A stretch of DNA of 64,000 nucleotides, taken from NCBI RefSeq assembly GCF_006345805.1, contig NC_043010.1, positions 29,326,001 to 29,390,000 on the forward strand. The letters are read 5' to 3'. Shown here piece after piece: positions 49,684-62,630 of this stretch. Made by a program: the position numbers and the translations under genes. Numbering within the stretch: position 1 is the first letter of the stretch; the number at the start of each line of letters is the position of its first letter. The notes beneath the pieces were generated by a model. The model ran no database searches. It saw only the letters and a program-made list of their open reading frames with translations, and was not told the origin of the DNA. Origin of the DNA: Octopus sinensis (taxonomy: Eukaryota).

Positions 49684-49805
49684 ACATACACACACACACA
49701 GCAACACACACCTTCTCTCTCACTCCCTTTCTCTCTCTCTCTCTCTTAATCAATCACTCACACATTCACAGAAAAAAGATGCGAGAAAAAAATTTAAAAT
49801 GTACG

Positions 49806-49877
<72 letters not shown>

Positions 49878-51029
49878 ATCTCTCTCACACACACGCACAC
49901 ACATATACACACAACACACACTTTCTGTCTTGCACCCTCTATCAACTCACACACACGTCCATATCCATTTCCTTTCTCTTTCACTTTATGCTGACTTCAA
50001 ACAGAATGTACATTTCCACTCGCAAAAATAAATAAATAAAATTTTTTTATGTAATTTACTGAACACCATAAGGTTACAGCTGAGCTACGCGCACACGCCT
50101 TCGAGTTAAAATGAAAGATTGCCAAAATGGCTAGGCTATTGTCAAAATTTCTAAATAATATTTTAATTTAAAAAATTTTTTAGATATAATTGCATTAATT
50201 AATACAGATTGCAAATTAGCGGTGTCGTTGATAATTGTTCGTTACCTCAATGATGCCGGTGATATATATTAAAATTCCCTTAGGGAACTAGATTCATAAA
50301 AAAGTATAGAACTATATTATCACCCTCAAGTCTGAGAAAGAAACACTCATAACATTTTTTTCTTTTAAAACTTCATTGCATGAGATTGATACCATGAAAT
50401 TCCTCGAATTGAGCTCTATCATTTAAACTTAATTAAAATATAGTTTGTTTTTAAAATAAAAAAAGTTAATTATACTTAAATCCAATTTTTTGCCTTATAT
50501 TTTTCTCATGATATTTTACCTCACAACTTTTTTGATACAAACTTTTGTTGCATGAGATCAAAGCTATGAAATTCTTCATGCTTTCTTCTATCATTGAAGC
50601 TAAAATAATTATATTTTTTGCTTTTAAAATAAAAAAGTTATTTAGATCTAAACTTGACTGGGGGCGTTACCCGTTCTCCTGCAACGTTGCTACAAATTTT
50701 GATGTAAACTTTATTCTACTGGACCAAATATCAATTTTTTATGCCAAAATGTAGCTAGAGACTAGCCCTCTTCAAAAATGTTAACAGTTTTCAATTTGGT
50801 TAAGAACTGAATTAGCGACAAAGCTCTGAAAATTCTGCCTGTGAGTAAATTGCGTCCTTAAGAATATTATTCAACTACTACCGTAGTTGAATGATTATGG
50901 TTGATTTTTTCTGCTGTGGGAAATTTCAGAATATTGATTTCTTATATATAGCTATATATAGTTATATAACTTATATATATAGTTATCATTCAGAATATTG
51001 ATTTCTTATATATAGTTATCATTCATTTA

Positions 51030-52330
51030 ATTCCTAGGCATCAGCTACACACAGCCCTCAAAGTTGCAACAAATTCTATCCTTAACAATCTCTCATGACC
51101 TATGATGTAAACTTCATATACAAACACACACCCCTGCCTTCAAAAACCACATTCTTTATCTCTCTCCAACTTCCGGTCAGTTATTTTTCGGCCATGTAAC
51201 GACACACGTGCTTTTATCCGGACAATCTGCTCCTTCCTCCTTTTCCTCCTCCATAGACTTTTTCCTCTTTCCGACGAAGAGCCATGCTCGAAATGTCATT
51301 TCCACTTTATTTTTCCATCTAAAACTCTCACTGAGCATCAAATATAATTCACTGTGTACGTCTAATTGACTTTTGTTGTTTTCTGTTTTTTATTTTTTAT
51401 TTTTGATATACCTATTATTGCATGCTACGTCCTTTCGACGATGGTTTGGAGTACTTCATTTGTGGATTACCTTTACACTTGGATTGCGTTACACCTTCGA
51501 ATTCCCTCCGAGTACGTTGATTTTGTACCATTTATTGTGAATCATTTTAATTCTTCTGTGGCTGTTTCATCTTTCTTCTTCCTCCTTTCCTATACTGCTC
51601 CTTTCCTTGCCTCCTCTCTCACACTCCTTTCTACCCCTCACTTCACAATGCCCGGCCGTCATTCCTTCTTCAAGCAAATCCACTTGCTTCTCTAGCCACA
51701 TCTCTTTCCTAAGCCGATGTCCCCATCATCAAGTCATACGCTGTGACTTCTGCCTGAAGTTCCACATCACTCCCTATTCTTTTCCCTTCTCTGTACCCAT
51801 CCTCGCACACATTTCTCACCTTCTTATTCGTACCCTCATCCGTTCCATCTTCTCCAGTATTCACTCCTTGGATCACCACTTCTCACTAGCTTACCTTCTC
51901 TCCTCTCTTTTCTCTCCACCTTTCAACCAACCTATTTTCCGCTTCCAGCTTAGCTCTTCAACTTTCTCACACACACCAAAAACCACAAGTTCCACCTCCT
52001 CAACCCCCACCACTATATCTCCCCTCCCAGCCACACCCCGTCTCTTCCTTCTCCCGGTCAAGTCCACCTCACCCTCCGCACTTGCTCCACCCCTCCACTC
52101 CGGCCCTCTGTTCCTTTTATTTTTACACTCTGTTCCTTCCTCAAGCAAATCCACTTACTTCTCACTTACTTACTTTCCAACTTCTGTCCTCAATGCATGC
52201 AACCCTCCATACAACACTCCCGTTTACTCTTCAAAAAATCTTGCTTCCCTAGTCACATCTCTTTCCTAAGCCGGAGTTGAATGATTATTGCCCGGATAAA
52301 AGCACGTGTGTCGTTACATGGCCGAAATAT
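51030..52330 (+). mobile_element. Decayed Penelope-like element: pLTR with variant hammerhead, N-terminal ORF remnant, inverted pLTR piece
   Basis: SHISFLSRC..QVI..F.LKFH resembles PLE ORF N-termini. 51185-51224 is repeated inverted at 52282-52330. CCGACGA-GAGC/GCTC-GAAA at about 51270-51298. Confidence 0.55.
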
Positions 52331-52773
52331 ACATGGCTGATACACTCTGTTCCCCTACATCCCCACTTCTTCACTGTAGTCATCATACTATCCGATCTCC
52401 CACTTTGAACGTTCGCTCTTCGGTAGAGGTCTCCGCTCTGTACCTCTCATACCCCACTGCAATGAATTCAGGAACCGTACGGATGTCAGTCAGTTTCTAT
52501 GCCTCACAAAACCGCGCCTTCACAATAGTCGAGATCGTTTCTCGGAGCCTGTAGTTCTCTCTCTCCATATCTGCTACATTTAATAGTTCATAAAGCGTAG
52601 CATACATTTTTTGTACTATGAAGCATAAAATCCTTTGGGAAATTAAGGAAGACAGAAAGCGATTGATATAAAACATATATTGTACCAAAAATATAATAAT
52701 TTGAAACAGAAGAGGCACAGGCCTATTGACTAAATATATAAACATAAAATATCAGAAAAATAGATTCAAGTAC

Positions 52774-52935
52774 CACTAGCGTAGCTAAAGTGTGTGCCGC
52801 CCGGGGCACCCTTACGTTTGCCGCCCCCGGATTCCATAAAAAATACATATTGCCTACAGCAGACCCAAAAGTGCCGCCCCCTTAAAAGTGCCGCCCGGGA
52901 TGGACTTCTTCTACCACCCCCTAGCTACGCTAGTG
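52774..52935. mobile_element. hAT-type MITE
   Basis: 14-bp TIRs cactagcgtagcta/tagctacgctagtg; 8-bp TSD tcaagtac/tcaagtgc. Confidence 0.85.
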
Positions 52936-53197
52936 TCAAGTGCCTAATTTGAGGGAGAGAGAGAGAGAGAAAGAGAAAAAGAGAAAAAAAGGGAGAGAGT
53001 GAGAGAGAGTGGTGAAGATTCTGTAGGGTAATCAATCAATAACATGATTTACAGGTAAGTAATAAGCAGTACGCAGTTCGAATCTCTTCGGTGGCTAGTT
53101 TTGTTTTGTCTGAAATTGGCTGTTATATTAAATATGACTTTACACTGAAAAATCTCAGCAGTTCAATCGTTCGTTCATAATCGATTATTATACTTAC

Positions 53198-53430
53198 TGT
53201 TTTCAAGAACCATCTTGAAGTTGCTTCTCTTCTATATACACTAATATATTGCACATGCTTACAAATTAAAAAGGAGACTGTAATGTTATCAGTTGCATTT
53301 GGTTGAAAATTATCGATTGGTGAGCCCAACATGTCTTCTATGATTCCATCGGTGCAATATAATCTCAATATTATATCATCTTCATTTCCTGTTTCTCCTG
53401 TTTCTACTTGAACGAGCAGTTGCATAGTCT
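53198..53430 (-). CDS. Exon D, clearest PLAT/LH2 unit N-terminal part
   Basis: Acceptor tttcttttaacattcatcacttcAG, donor ACA|GTAAGT, 233 nt, phase 1->0. Encodes TMQLLVQVETGETGNEDDIILRLYCTDGIIEDMLGSPIDNFQPNATDNITVSFLICKHVQYISVYRREATSRWFLKT, matching PLAT hallmarks (V.V.TG, I.L.LY, F.P..TD.I.V, W.L). Confidence 0.88.
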
Positions 53431-53593
53431 CTGAAGTGATGAATGTTAAAAGAAAGTTCAGTCACAGTGATACAAGTACACATTATGAAAATATTTAAAT
53501 ACAGTGGTGAGCAGAAAATAATTCTTAACCATTTGTTGTTAGGAAGCAAACTTCATGCCACATAGCCACTATGTGATAAGAAGTATATACTGC

Positions 53594-53644
<51 letters not shown>

Positions 53645-54687
53645 GCACACACACACACACGCACACACACGCACACACACGTACACACGCACACACGCAC
53701 ACACACAAACACACAGAGTAAAAGCAACAAGCAGTGTTTAGGCATAAGCGAACTTATGTCTATGTTTGTGACATATTTCAACTTCTAAAGGTAAATTCAC
53801 TGCAGTTACCGTGGAGAAAAGACAAAATTCTCTCTTTTGGTAAAAAGGTGTACAAACACCATATTTGTCTAGTGTTGTCTCCGACCGGATTCCCAGAAGC
53901 GTTTCTAGCTCTTTAGCCGTTATCAATGGGAAATACCGAAGAGAGTAACTCTGGACAGACTTAAAGTCACAGCTTTAACTAAAATACAATCAACATCACT
54001 AGACTACCAATGTAACAGAATAAGAGCAAAATAGAATATGAATTTGTGCTAAGACCAGCGAAATGAACACCTATTAGGATGTCTTTATATCTCCAATATT
54101 TTGCGGTAAATTATTTATAATTATGTGGATAATTAACAGATATATTACCACCATTCCAGCTGTTCACATTATTTAAAACTTTGGATTTTTTTTGCAAAGT
54201 TTGCAATGCTAGTTTTTGTAATTCCATCCTGTTACCTCAAATGAGCAACAAATTGTCATATAGCAATGGAGTCATTAGGGCATTGGATGAAATGCATTGC
54301 GGTATTTATTCCCGCTTTTATTCCGAAAACTTTGACAGGAAGCCTTGAGATATTTATTCTTATATAGCAGTTTCCGCATTAATCTCTACGACCATTTCTC
54401 CCGGAACTTCGGACCACTGTAATGCCCTGCTAGTATCGTTCCTGTAGTTGTTGATTTACAAATATTCAAGAGCAACATTAATGGCATCAATCTCACTGTT
54501 ATGCCTTGCTCCAGTTCCAGCAAGTAGAAACAATTGTATATGTGGAATGATCGTTGAAACACTGTTCACGGAGGTATATCGACTGAACAAGTGTAGGAAA
54601 TGGGGTTAATTCAGTAAAAAATAATCTTATTGAAAATAGTACTAAAACTACAGAAATTATATACATAATGATACTGATAAGTAAATA

Positions 54688-55270
54688 AGGTGGCGAGCTG
54701 GCAGAAACGTTAGCACGCCGGGCGAAATGCTTAGCGGTATTTCGTCTGCGTTACGTCGTGAGTTCAAATTCCGCCGAGGTCGACTTTGCCTTTCATCCTT
54801 TCGGGGTCGATAAATTAAGTACCAGTTACGCACTGGGGTCGATGTAATCGACTTAATACCTATGTCTGTCCTTGTTTGTCCCCTCTGTGTTTAGCCCCTT
54901 GTGGGTAATAAAGAAATAGGTATTTCGTCTGCCGCTACGTTCTGTGTTCAAATTCCGCCGAGGTCGACTTTGCCTTTCATCCTTTCGGGGTCGATAAAAT
55001 AAGTACCAGTTACGCACTGGGGTCGATATAATCGACTTAATCCGTTTGTCTAGCCTTTTTGTCCTCTCTGAGTTTAACCCCTTGTGGGTAGTAAAGAAAT
55101 AGGTATTTCGTCTGCCGCTACGTTCTGAGTTCAAATTCCGCCGTGGTCGACTTTGCCTTTCATCATTTCGGGGTCGATAAATCAAGTATTAGTTGCGTAC
55201 TGGGGTCGATCTAATCGACTGGCCCCCTTCCCTAAAATTTCGGACCTTGTGCCTAGAGTAGAAAAGGATT
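54688..55270 (+). mobile_element. Tandem trimer of the tRNA-derived SINE
   Basis: One complete head followed by two head-less units, each joined at aaagaaatag|gtatttcgtctgccgctacg. Confidence 0.85.
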
Positions 55271-55301
55271 TTGATAAGTAAATAATATAAACTATACTTA
55301 C

Positions 55302-55392
55302 CATACTGTGGATGTATAAATATTTGATGTGTGATTTTTTCCCCATGCGAAAAGCTCTGTATAATCTCACCTTGATCATTGTAAAACGTAAT
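55302..55392 (-). CDS. Exon C, PLAT-like unit C-terminal part
   Basis: Acceptor ttcattccAG, donor G|GTAAGT, 91 nt, phase 0->1. Encodes ITFYNDQGEIIQSFSHGEKITHQIFIHPQY and joins in frame to exons B and D. Confidence 0.8.
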
Positions 55393-55929
55393 CTGGAATG
55401 AACCATTATCTTAGGTTTTAGTACCGAAATATTTAATTCTATATTGCAATTGGCATATTTGCTTGCAGTTTTCCAACGAACCATTTACAAGTTTACTGCA
55501 TTTATGGTGGAGAGATTAACAAAGATGCGTCATCACACGGTGGGGACATGACAAAGTTGCTACAATAGTACAATCTGTAAAGAATTTGGATTTGAACATG
55601 TCGAAAAATGGTGGCCCTAGAAACGGAACACGTCCTTAAAAACAACCATATAGAAGTATCATGAGATAATAAAATCAAATAGACGTTGGAGCATTCATTC
55701 CTAGATATTATTCTCAGTAAAAAGGAAAATTGGGTTGAATAAAAGGACCTACAATATACGAACTTCAGAGAATTTGGAATTGCTGTAAAATTGTCATTAT
55801 CTCCAACTTAGGGCAACTGGCAAAAAAAAAAAAAATTAAATTGTTGTTCAAAGATATTGGATACGATATTTCTTAATCGTACAGAAAACCAGAATAAAGG
55901 TAATTGATTCTTAAGTTTTGCTGCATGCA

Positions 55930-57140
55930 GCTCGATATCTAGAAATACAATACCAGAAGAACAGCAACAGGATATTGAGTGAACGAATGGTTAATAATAA
56001 TAGAAAGTGGTATAGTGGAAGAGATGGACAATTGTTGGCAAGAATATGATACCGTGAATTGTGAAAGAATTGAGATCAGTGACTACTCAAACAATGAAGA
56101 TCGATTAATAATGGACAGAATTTTGGATCTACTAAAGACAGAAGGGACAGAATTTATGTGCGACTTTAAAAAGGCTAACCAGTGGAGGTTAAATCAAGAG
56201 ACGAATAAAGTTAATAATGTATTGAGACACATTGAAATAAAGAATCTTATCAAGGCTGCTTGTAGGATTGCGGCGGAAAGGATGGGATTGAGAACTACTG
56301 AGAACAGAACAGCGACGGATAGAAGAAGAAATAAACAACTGTGGACGAAAAAAAGAATTTCTGAAGATATAAACTCCTTGAACACTGGAAAAGAAATGGA
56401 GAACTTAAGAATGAATGGAAATTCGAAAAAGTTAGGAAGAAGTAGATGTAGATACAAAAGGCCTGAATGTTGTAATTGAAGAACTGAAGTAGCGCATACT
56501 TACAACAAAAACAAAGCTAACTAGGTTTTGAACAACGGATTAAGCAATGCCGGCATAACAGATTGTTTAGAACCGACCAAAAAAGAATTTGTCAAGAGAT
56601 TAATGATGATAAAAAACGTGAAAAATTAGTCCCTGATGCTGATGAAAGTCAACTTTTCTGGGGTAAGATATGGAGTAACCAAGAATAACATAATACTACA
56701 CGGCTGAATGATTCTGCAGCCTGAAGCAAACAGCTTCTTATCCCCAGCAAGAGGCTATCCTCTTCACAGAAGACAGTTTCGGAAATATGAGTAAAAAGAT
56801 AAACAATTGGAAAGCAGCAGGACCTGGTGGTGTACAGGGATTTTGGGTAAAAAGTTCAGTAGTTGCCATAAATTGATCGCAGAGCAATTTAATGCATTGA
56901 TCAATGGAGAAGAAGAAATCCCATGCTGGTTGACAATACTTGCAAGTATTGCTGATATCAGAATGGAGTTCGAACTGAGAAAGTGTGGTGTGTTAGTCTT
57001 GAAGAGAGGAAAAAATCAAATGTATGGACGGGCTAACTATACTGTCAGGGGAAGTTACGAAGCAGATTGACAGAAAAATTTAAGGTGAAGTACTTGCGCA
57101 GACTGAGACTGATCCTTAAATGGAAATTAAATGGACAAGT
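55930..57140 (+). mobile_element. Decayed R4/Dong-like (RLE-type) non-LTR retrotransposon
   Basis: NRLFRTDQK, FWGKIWS, NWKAAGPGGVQGFWVKKF, DIRMEFELRKCG.LVLKRGK and YL.RLRLILK..LNG segments. Confidence 0.7.
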
Positions 57141-57899
57141 CCTCACTCAACTGTAGCACTTCCCTCCTCACCTACACTTTCCTTTCCAGGTGGAACTTTA
57201 AAAAGTCGATGAGGACTTAACCGATAAGGAATGAGTCTTTCTTCAATCCTTTCAACTTTGTCCACCACAACCTCTTTCGCCATAACCAGTTGACAGAAGA
57301 ATATCGTCTGCCCTACCTTGTTAAAGGCGGTTTGTGGGGCAATCCTCACAATAGATTCGGCCGATAACAGCTGTTCGACATAACTCCACAAATCAGCAAT
57401 ATTCGGACACTGCACAAGCGCATCCAGAACGGCTTTGTCGCTCTGCATGCATCTCGGACAGTTCCGTCTGGCATCGCTTCCGGATCTGTAGAATTTAACT
57501 CAAACCTGCAGTGTTCCTTGGTAGCGCTGCCAGGTCAAGGATTTCTGGAAGTTCCATGGTAGTACCAGGCCCGAAAGTCTTCCGAAATAGACCGGCTCAG
57601 CTAGTTCATATTTATCGACGCTTAGAATTTACTCAAGAGAGGTAAAGGGCAATACAGCATGGGGTTACCTAAAAATACATGTAAACAAAAGAAATAACAA
57701 AGAAAAATTTCGTTTACCACGCTACTTCTTTTGCCAAAGCCACAAAGCAGATAAAAGAAAATGGCATCAGACAATGTAGTCAGGTACATACAAAAATGAG
57801 ATGACCATAGATAGATCTTTGGTAATATGTCTTCTCAATCAGGGTTGACAAAAGAATGCTACATAACAACAAGAACAGAAGTTTACAAAAATTTTTTAC

Positions 57900-58111
57900 C
57901 TGATTTAAGATCCAATTGGTTTTCAGAGGAGCGATGACAGATACGTAACTAAAGTTAGTTAGACTTTTTCCAGGTACCAGAAATAAATCCCGATAACCTG
58001 GCCTGATACCGCTTATATTGAATGCGAAGAACTGTTCGATCGTGATTTCTAGAGGTAAATCTGACCTTTCAGATGTTAGGTTTGTCGTCACTACCACTGA
58101 GAAATGAAGCA
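57900..58111 (-). CDS. Exon B, PLAT-like unit N-terminal part
   Basis: Long polypyrimidine tract ending tttcAG (alternative in-phase AG gives start 58096), donor CAG|GTAAAA, phase 1->0. Encodes LHFSVVVTTNLTSERSDLPLEITIEQFFAFNISGIRPGYRDLFLVPGKSLTNFSYVSVIAPLKTNWILNQ, which fits the PLAT pattern G..D.F.V...L..F..V.V.....W.L. Confidence 0.8.
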
Positions 58112-58423
58112 CTGAAATTAAGGCAAAAACAAAAAGAAAAAAAAGCACTTCTTTTTACATGAGATTACTGAAATATGGACATTGATAATACTTATGTATT
58201 AAACATAGAAATAGAGACATGGCATATATAGATATATACACATGCTGATATATGACTTACGTTGGACTCCTCATTCGCATAATCACCGAACCTGGAGCTT
58301 AACTATAGTCTGTCCATAGCACTTACTCAGCATTACCTGACACCCTCGGGTCTTATTGACACCATTACCTCTCATAACCCCCCTCTCTCTCCATATACAT
58401 ATATATATACATACATACATACA

Positions 58424-58456
<33 letters not shown>

Positions 58457-58727
58457 GTATATATGTATGTATGCATGTATGTATGTATATATAATGTTAT
58501 AATACAAACCACAATTCTTGTTAAATGAAGTTACCCAAGGTTTTTATTAAAATCCCTTAGGTCATCGAGTCCTATTCTACTTGTTAAAGCCTTAGCATAT
58601 AATACATATATATATACAGAGAGAGAGAGAGAGAGAGAGGGGGAGGGAGAGAGAGGTAGGGAGAAAGAGAGGGAGGGAGGGAGGGAGAGAGATTGCTAGA
58701 TAGATAGATAGATAGAAAAATAGATAG

Positions 58728-59105
58728 ATTGGCATGGCTGTGTGATAAAAATTCGCTTATGGCTCCAGGATTCAGTCCCACTGCGTGACACCTTGGGCAA
58801 GTGTATTCTACTATAGCTTCGAGCCGTCCAAGGCATTGAGAGTGGATTTGGTACACGGAAGCTGAAAGAAGCCCGTCGTACATCTATGTGTGTGTATTTA
58901 TATCTGTGTTTGTCCCCTAACACCGCTTGACAACTGGTGTTGGTATGTTCACGTTACCTAACCTAGCGGCTCGGCAAAAGAACCGATAGAATAAGTACCA
59001 GAATTTTTAAAAAATAAGTTCTGCGGTTGATTCATTCAACTAAAACCCCTCAATGGTGTGCTCCATCATAGCTGCAGTCAAATGACTGAAACAAGTAAAA
59101 TAATA
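58728..59105 (+). mobile_element. Second tRNA-derived SINE family, near full length (partial copies at about 39860-40000, 62840-63000 and 21830-21960)
   Basis: ggcatggctgtgtg..aag...ggattcagtcccactgcgtg.caccttgggcaagtg head; gataga.ataagtacc and atgactgaaacaagtaaaa tail. Confidence 0.7.
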
Positions 59106-59141
59106 AAAGGATATGTATATATATATATGTGTGTGTGTGTG

Positions 59142-59247
<106 letters not shown>

Positions 59248-59504
59248 GACGGAAAAAACACATAAGCAACAAACGATAATTCAAAAATAAAAAAAGCAAC
59301 AAAAGTTAAGAGACGTTCACCGTTAATATTATTAGGTTGACGCTTGACTATCAAAGAAGACAAAAAGTAGTTATAAAGTGACTGCTATAGAGTGAAAGTA
59401 TAACGTACAAATCGTAGCCTTTCGTCGGGTATACTGAGAAAAGAATCCATTTATTTAACAACATAGAAACAAAGAGGTAGGTAATAATTTGCCAGTGAAT
59501 TACA

Positions 59505-61850
59505 CAATATAAATGGGTAAAATTTCCGAGGCTCCACCCCACCCCACCCCGTTTCTCGGACCACAAAAAGGATTTTGTAGAATATTAGGAGGCCAGGGTA
59601 GTTGATTCCGCGCAAAATCTTCGATTTTTTTTCTTAGTGAAATTCGTGCGAGTGTTATCTAAACATTTGCCTGGAGTTTTTCATGGTAAATTTGAGATTT
59701 TTAAAAATGTTTGTTATATTCTTAATCTCCGTATTTTCCCTCGTACATTGAAAAATAGATGGCGAAAAGATCAATGGGTGTGGGGGATTGAAATTTCCGA
59801 GGCTTCCACCACACCCGTTTTTCGGACCACAAAAAGGGTTTTGTAGCATATTAGGAGGTCAGGGTAATTGATTCCTCGCAAAAAATCCGATTTCTTTTCT
59901 TAGTGAAATTCGTGCGAGTGTTATCTAAACATTTGCCTGGAGTTTTTCATGGTAAATTTGAGATTTAAAAAAATGTTTGTTATATTCTTAATCTCCGTAT
60001 TTTTCCATGTACTTGGAAAAATAGATGGCGAAAAGATCAATGGGTATGGGGGGTGGGTGAAATTTCTGAGGCTTCCACCACACCACACCTCGTTTTTCGG
60101 ACAATAAAAAGGGTTTTGTAGCATATTAGGACGCCAAGGTAGTTGATTCCACGCAAAAAATCCGATTTTTTTTCTTAGTGAAAATCGTGCGAGTGTTAAT
60201 AATCTAAAAATTTACCAACCTTTTTTCCATTCATTTCTGTTTATGAAATTCTCTGTACGTAATTTTGCTTTATCGGTGGTCAAGGCAAATGATGACTGGC
60301 AAAGCAACAGTGCCCTAATGCTGACATTGGATACAATGACCTGATCTACAATAATGCGCTGATTGAAATCGAGGATGGCCTGCTCAAAATGGGTGGGGAG
60401 GCGTTGAACACATTCGATTTGCCATCATCATTGCGACAGGACGTTAACACACTCCCACTAAAGTTACTTCTGGAGTTGTCGTATGACGCTGATGGCCTTG
60501 CGGAGTACCTGAGAGTAAATGAACCGAAATTGCTCCCTGATCAGAGCCTGGTGTACGAAACTGTCGTCAGTGCCGTTGAAAGACAGGTGGGCGGCATTTT
60601 TTTCTTCGATGCTGTTAGAGGTACCGGCAAATCCTTTGTAACACAATTAACACTTGCTAAGATTCGTCGCGAGAAACAAATTGCGCTTGCCGTTGCTTCC
60701 TCGGGAATCGCTTCTATGTTATTGCCGGGAGGTAGGACGACACACTCTGCATTCAAGCTGCCTTTACATTTGATGAGAGCCAAGGTTCCTACTTGCAGCA
60801 TTGGCAAAAATTCAGAGGAAACTGAAGTTCTTAGACAGTACCGTCTCATTGTATGTGACGAATGTACAATGACCAGTAAGGGTGCCCTTGGGGCACTGGA
60901 CCGGTCACTGAAAGGTATCAGGGATTCTGCAGTTTCTATGGGTGGTGTAACTCTATTGCTTTCAGGAGATTTCCGGCAATCCCTTCCTGTCATCCCTAAA
61001 GGGAACCGGGCTGATGAAGTGCGCGCATGCCTTGAGTCATCCACGTTGTGGCTCCAGGTGAAGACTTTAAGCCTAAGCACAAAAATGCGTGCACATCTAC
61101 AAATCGATTGACCGGACCTCTGACCCTTAAGACATTGTCAGTTACCCTATCGAGTTTCCCAACTCATTGGAGCCAGTAGGGATTCCACCTCACATTCTTA
61201 GGCTAAGGGTTGAAAGCCCAATTATGCTAATCAGAAACTTGCTTCCGCCTACACAGTGCAACGGGACCCGCTTAGTATTCAAGTCCCTGACGCCCCACTT
61301 GATTGAGGCCACCATCGTGCAGGAGGGATGAAAATGTTTTCATTTCAAGGATGCAGCTTTATCTCTCGGAGTCAGACATGCCGTTTAACTTCCGCAGATC
61401 GCAATTCCCGGTGAGACCATGCTTTGCCATGCCTATCAACAAATCCCAAGGCCACTATCGGTGGCAGGCACCCATTTAGGATTTTCCTTTCAATCAGGAT
61501 AAAAAATTCATAAACTGATTCCTTATAGGATTTCCCACTAACTTTTACCAATTTTGACATATTTTGCTCAAACTCGATGCCAGCATTACTTAGTACTCAT
61601 GGGATCTATGAATGCTTTAAGTTCTCAGAATAAAAAAAAAAATCGATGAGTGGAAATAATTAACAAACCGATTCCTTATGAGATTTCCCAATCAAATTGT
61701 CTGAAACCCATTTTTAACCAAACGTTTACCAATTTCAACGGATTTCGCTCAAATTTGATGTCGGTATCACTTATTTTGGTTTGAAATAAAGCTCTTGATC
61801 ATTTAATAATCCTAACTTAATCCCGGGCAACGCCGGGTTATACTGCTACT
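59505..61850 (+). mobile_element. Internally deleted Helitron: about 270-bp tandem repeats, Pif1 helicase fragment, 3' hairpin
   Basis: ORF 60389-61111 has GTGKSF, DECTM and LLSGDFRQ. Downstream are LLIRNL..CNGTRL and FAM.INKSQG, then terminal cccgggcaacgccggg..ctact. About 2.5 repeats at 59512-60197. Confidence 0.85.
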
Positions 61851-61861
61851 ATGTATGTATG

Positions 61862-61921
<60 letters not shown>

Positions 61922-62539
61922 TATATATATATAGATATAGATATATATACTAGACGTCCTCATCGAGCTCTACAAATCTTCCAGGACGAGGCTCTTCTTC
62001 TAGGTTGTAGAATTTCTGGAACCACCATTGACACTGGCTTATACTTATTGTCCGATCCCCATATACTGCATTAATATTCCTCGCACTTTCCGTTGCGTTG
62101 TTGCCTTTATTGTAATATGCCAAATGTGCTCCTTTGTTACTTCCATTCTAGCTTTGAAAGATAACTGTTAAAATCGAACTGCACTCTTCAAAACTTGCAC
62201 TAAGAATAAGGACAAGGTAAAATTACTATCTGCTTTTATAGCAAGTTGATGCAGGTTGTTTATTCCGTCCCCTTCTGGTTTTTAGTTCATGCAATTGAAA
62301 AAAAACCGCATTATTTATGGGATGACCCAATATGTAAATGGATATAACATAATATTATATTGTTATTATATTATATTATATATGTGTGTGTGCATGTTTT
62401 CGAACGAACACATAAAAGACACACATGCATACAAACACACGCGCATATTCATACATACATCATACATGCTTACATATACATTTGAACTTCTGTACAAAGA
62501 AATTAAGACAAAAAGAAAAGATGGATAGATTACACTTAC

Positions 62540-62630
62540 TTCTCTTTATCTTAAAATTACAAGAGGGTCGGTTCTGCATTCGCTCTGTTATGGTGTAACC
62601 ATTTATTTCATTCGACACTGTTAAATTCAT
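62540..62630 (-). CDS. Exon A (first in window) of tandem-PLAT/mucin/TM gene; C-terminal part of a PLAT-like unit
   Basis: Acceptor catttcattgccttctAG, donor A|GTAAGT, 91 nt, phase 0->1. Encodes MNLTVSNEINGYTITERMQNRPSCNFKIKR. Size and phase match exons C, E, G and I, and the sequence resembles exon I (NLT..YT..N..C..I). Confidence 0.7.

Noticed and set aside
53123-53197. Exon D extending to VSIIIDYERT...
   Set aside because: A consensus GTAAGT donor sits at the same position as in exon B, and exon E supplies the continuation. Read-through hits a stop.
57143-57600. ORF 57143..57448 as a host exon
   Set aside because: No matching splice signals or phase fit. It is probably a retroelement remnant of unresolved family.
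58112-58148. Apparent signal peptide MLFFLFVFALIS at the start of ORF 57780..58148
   Set aside because: It is the intron polypyrimidine tract ending in tttcAG. An upstream phase-compatible exon (A) exists.
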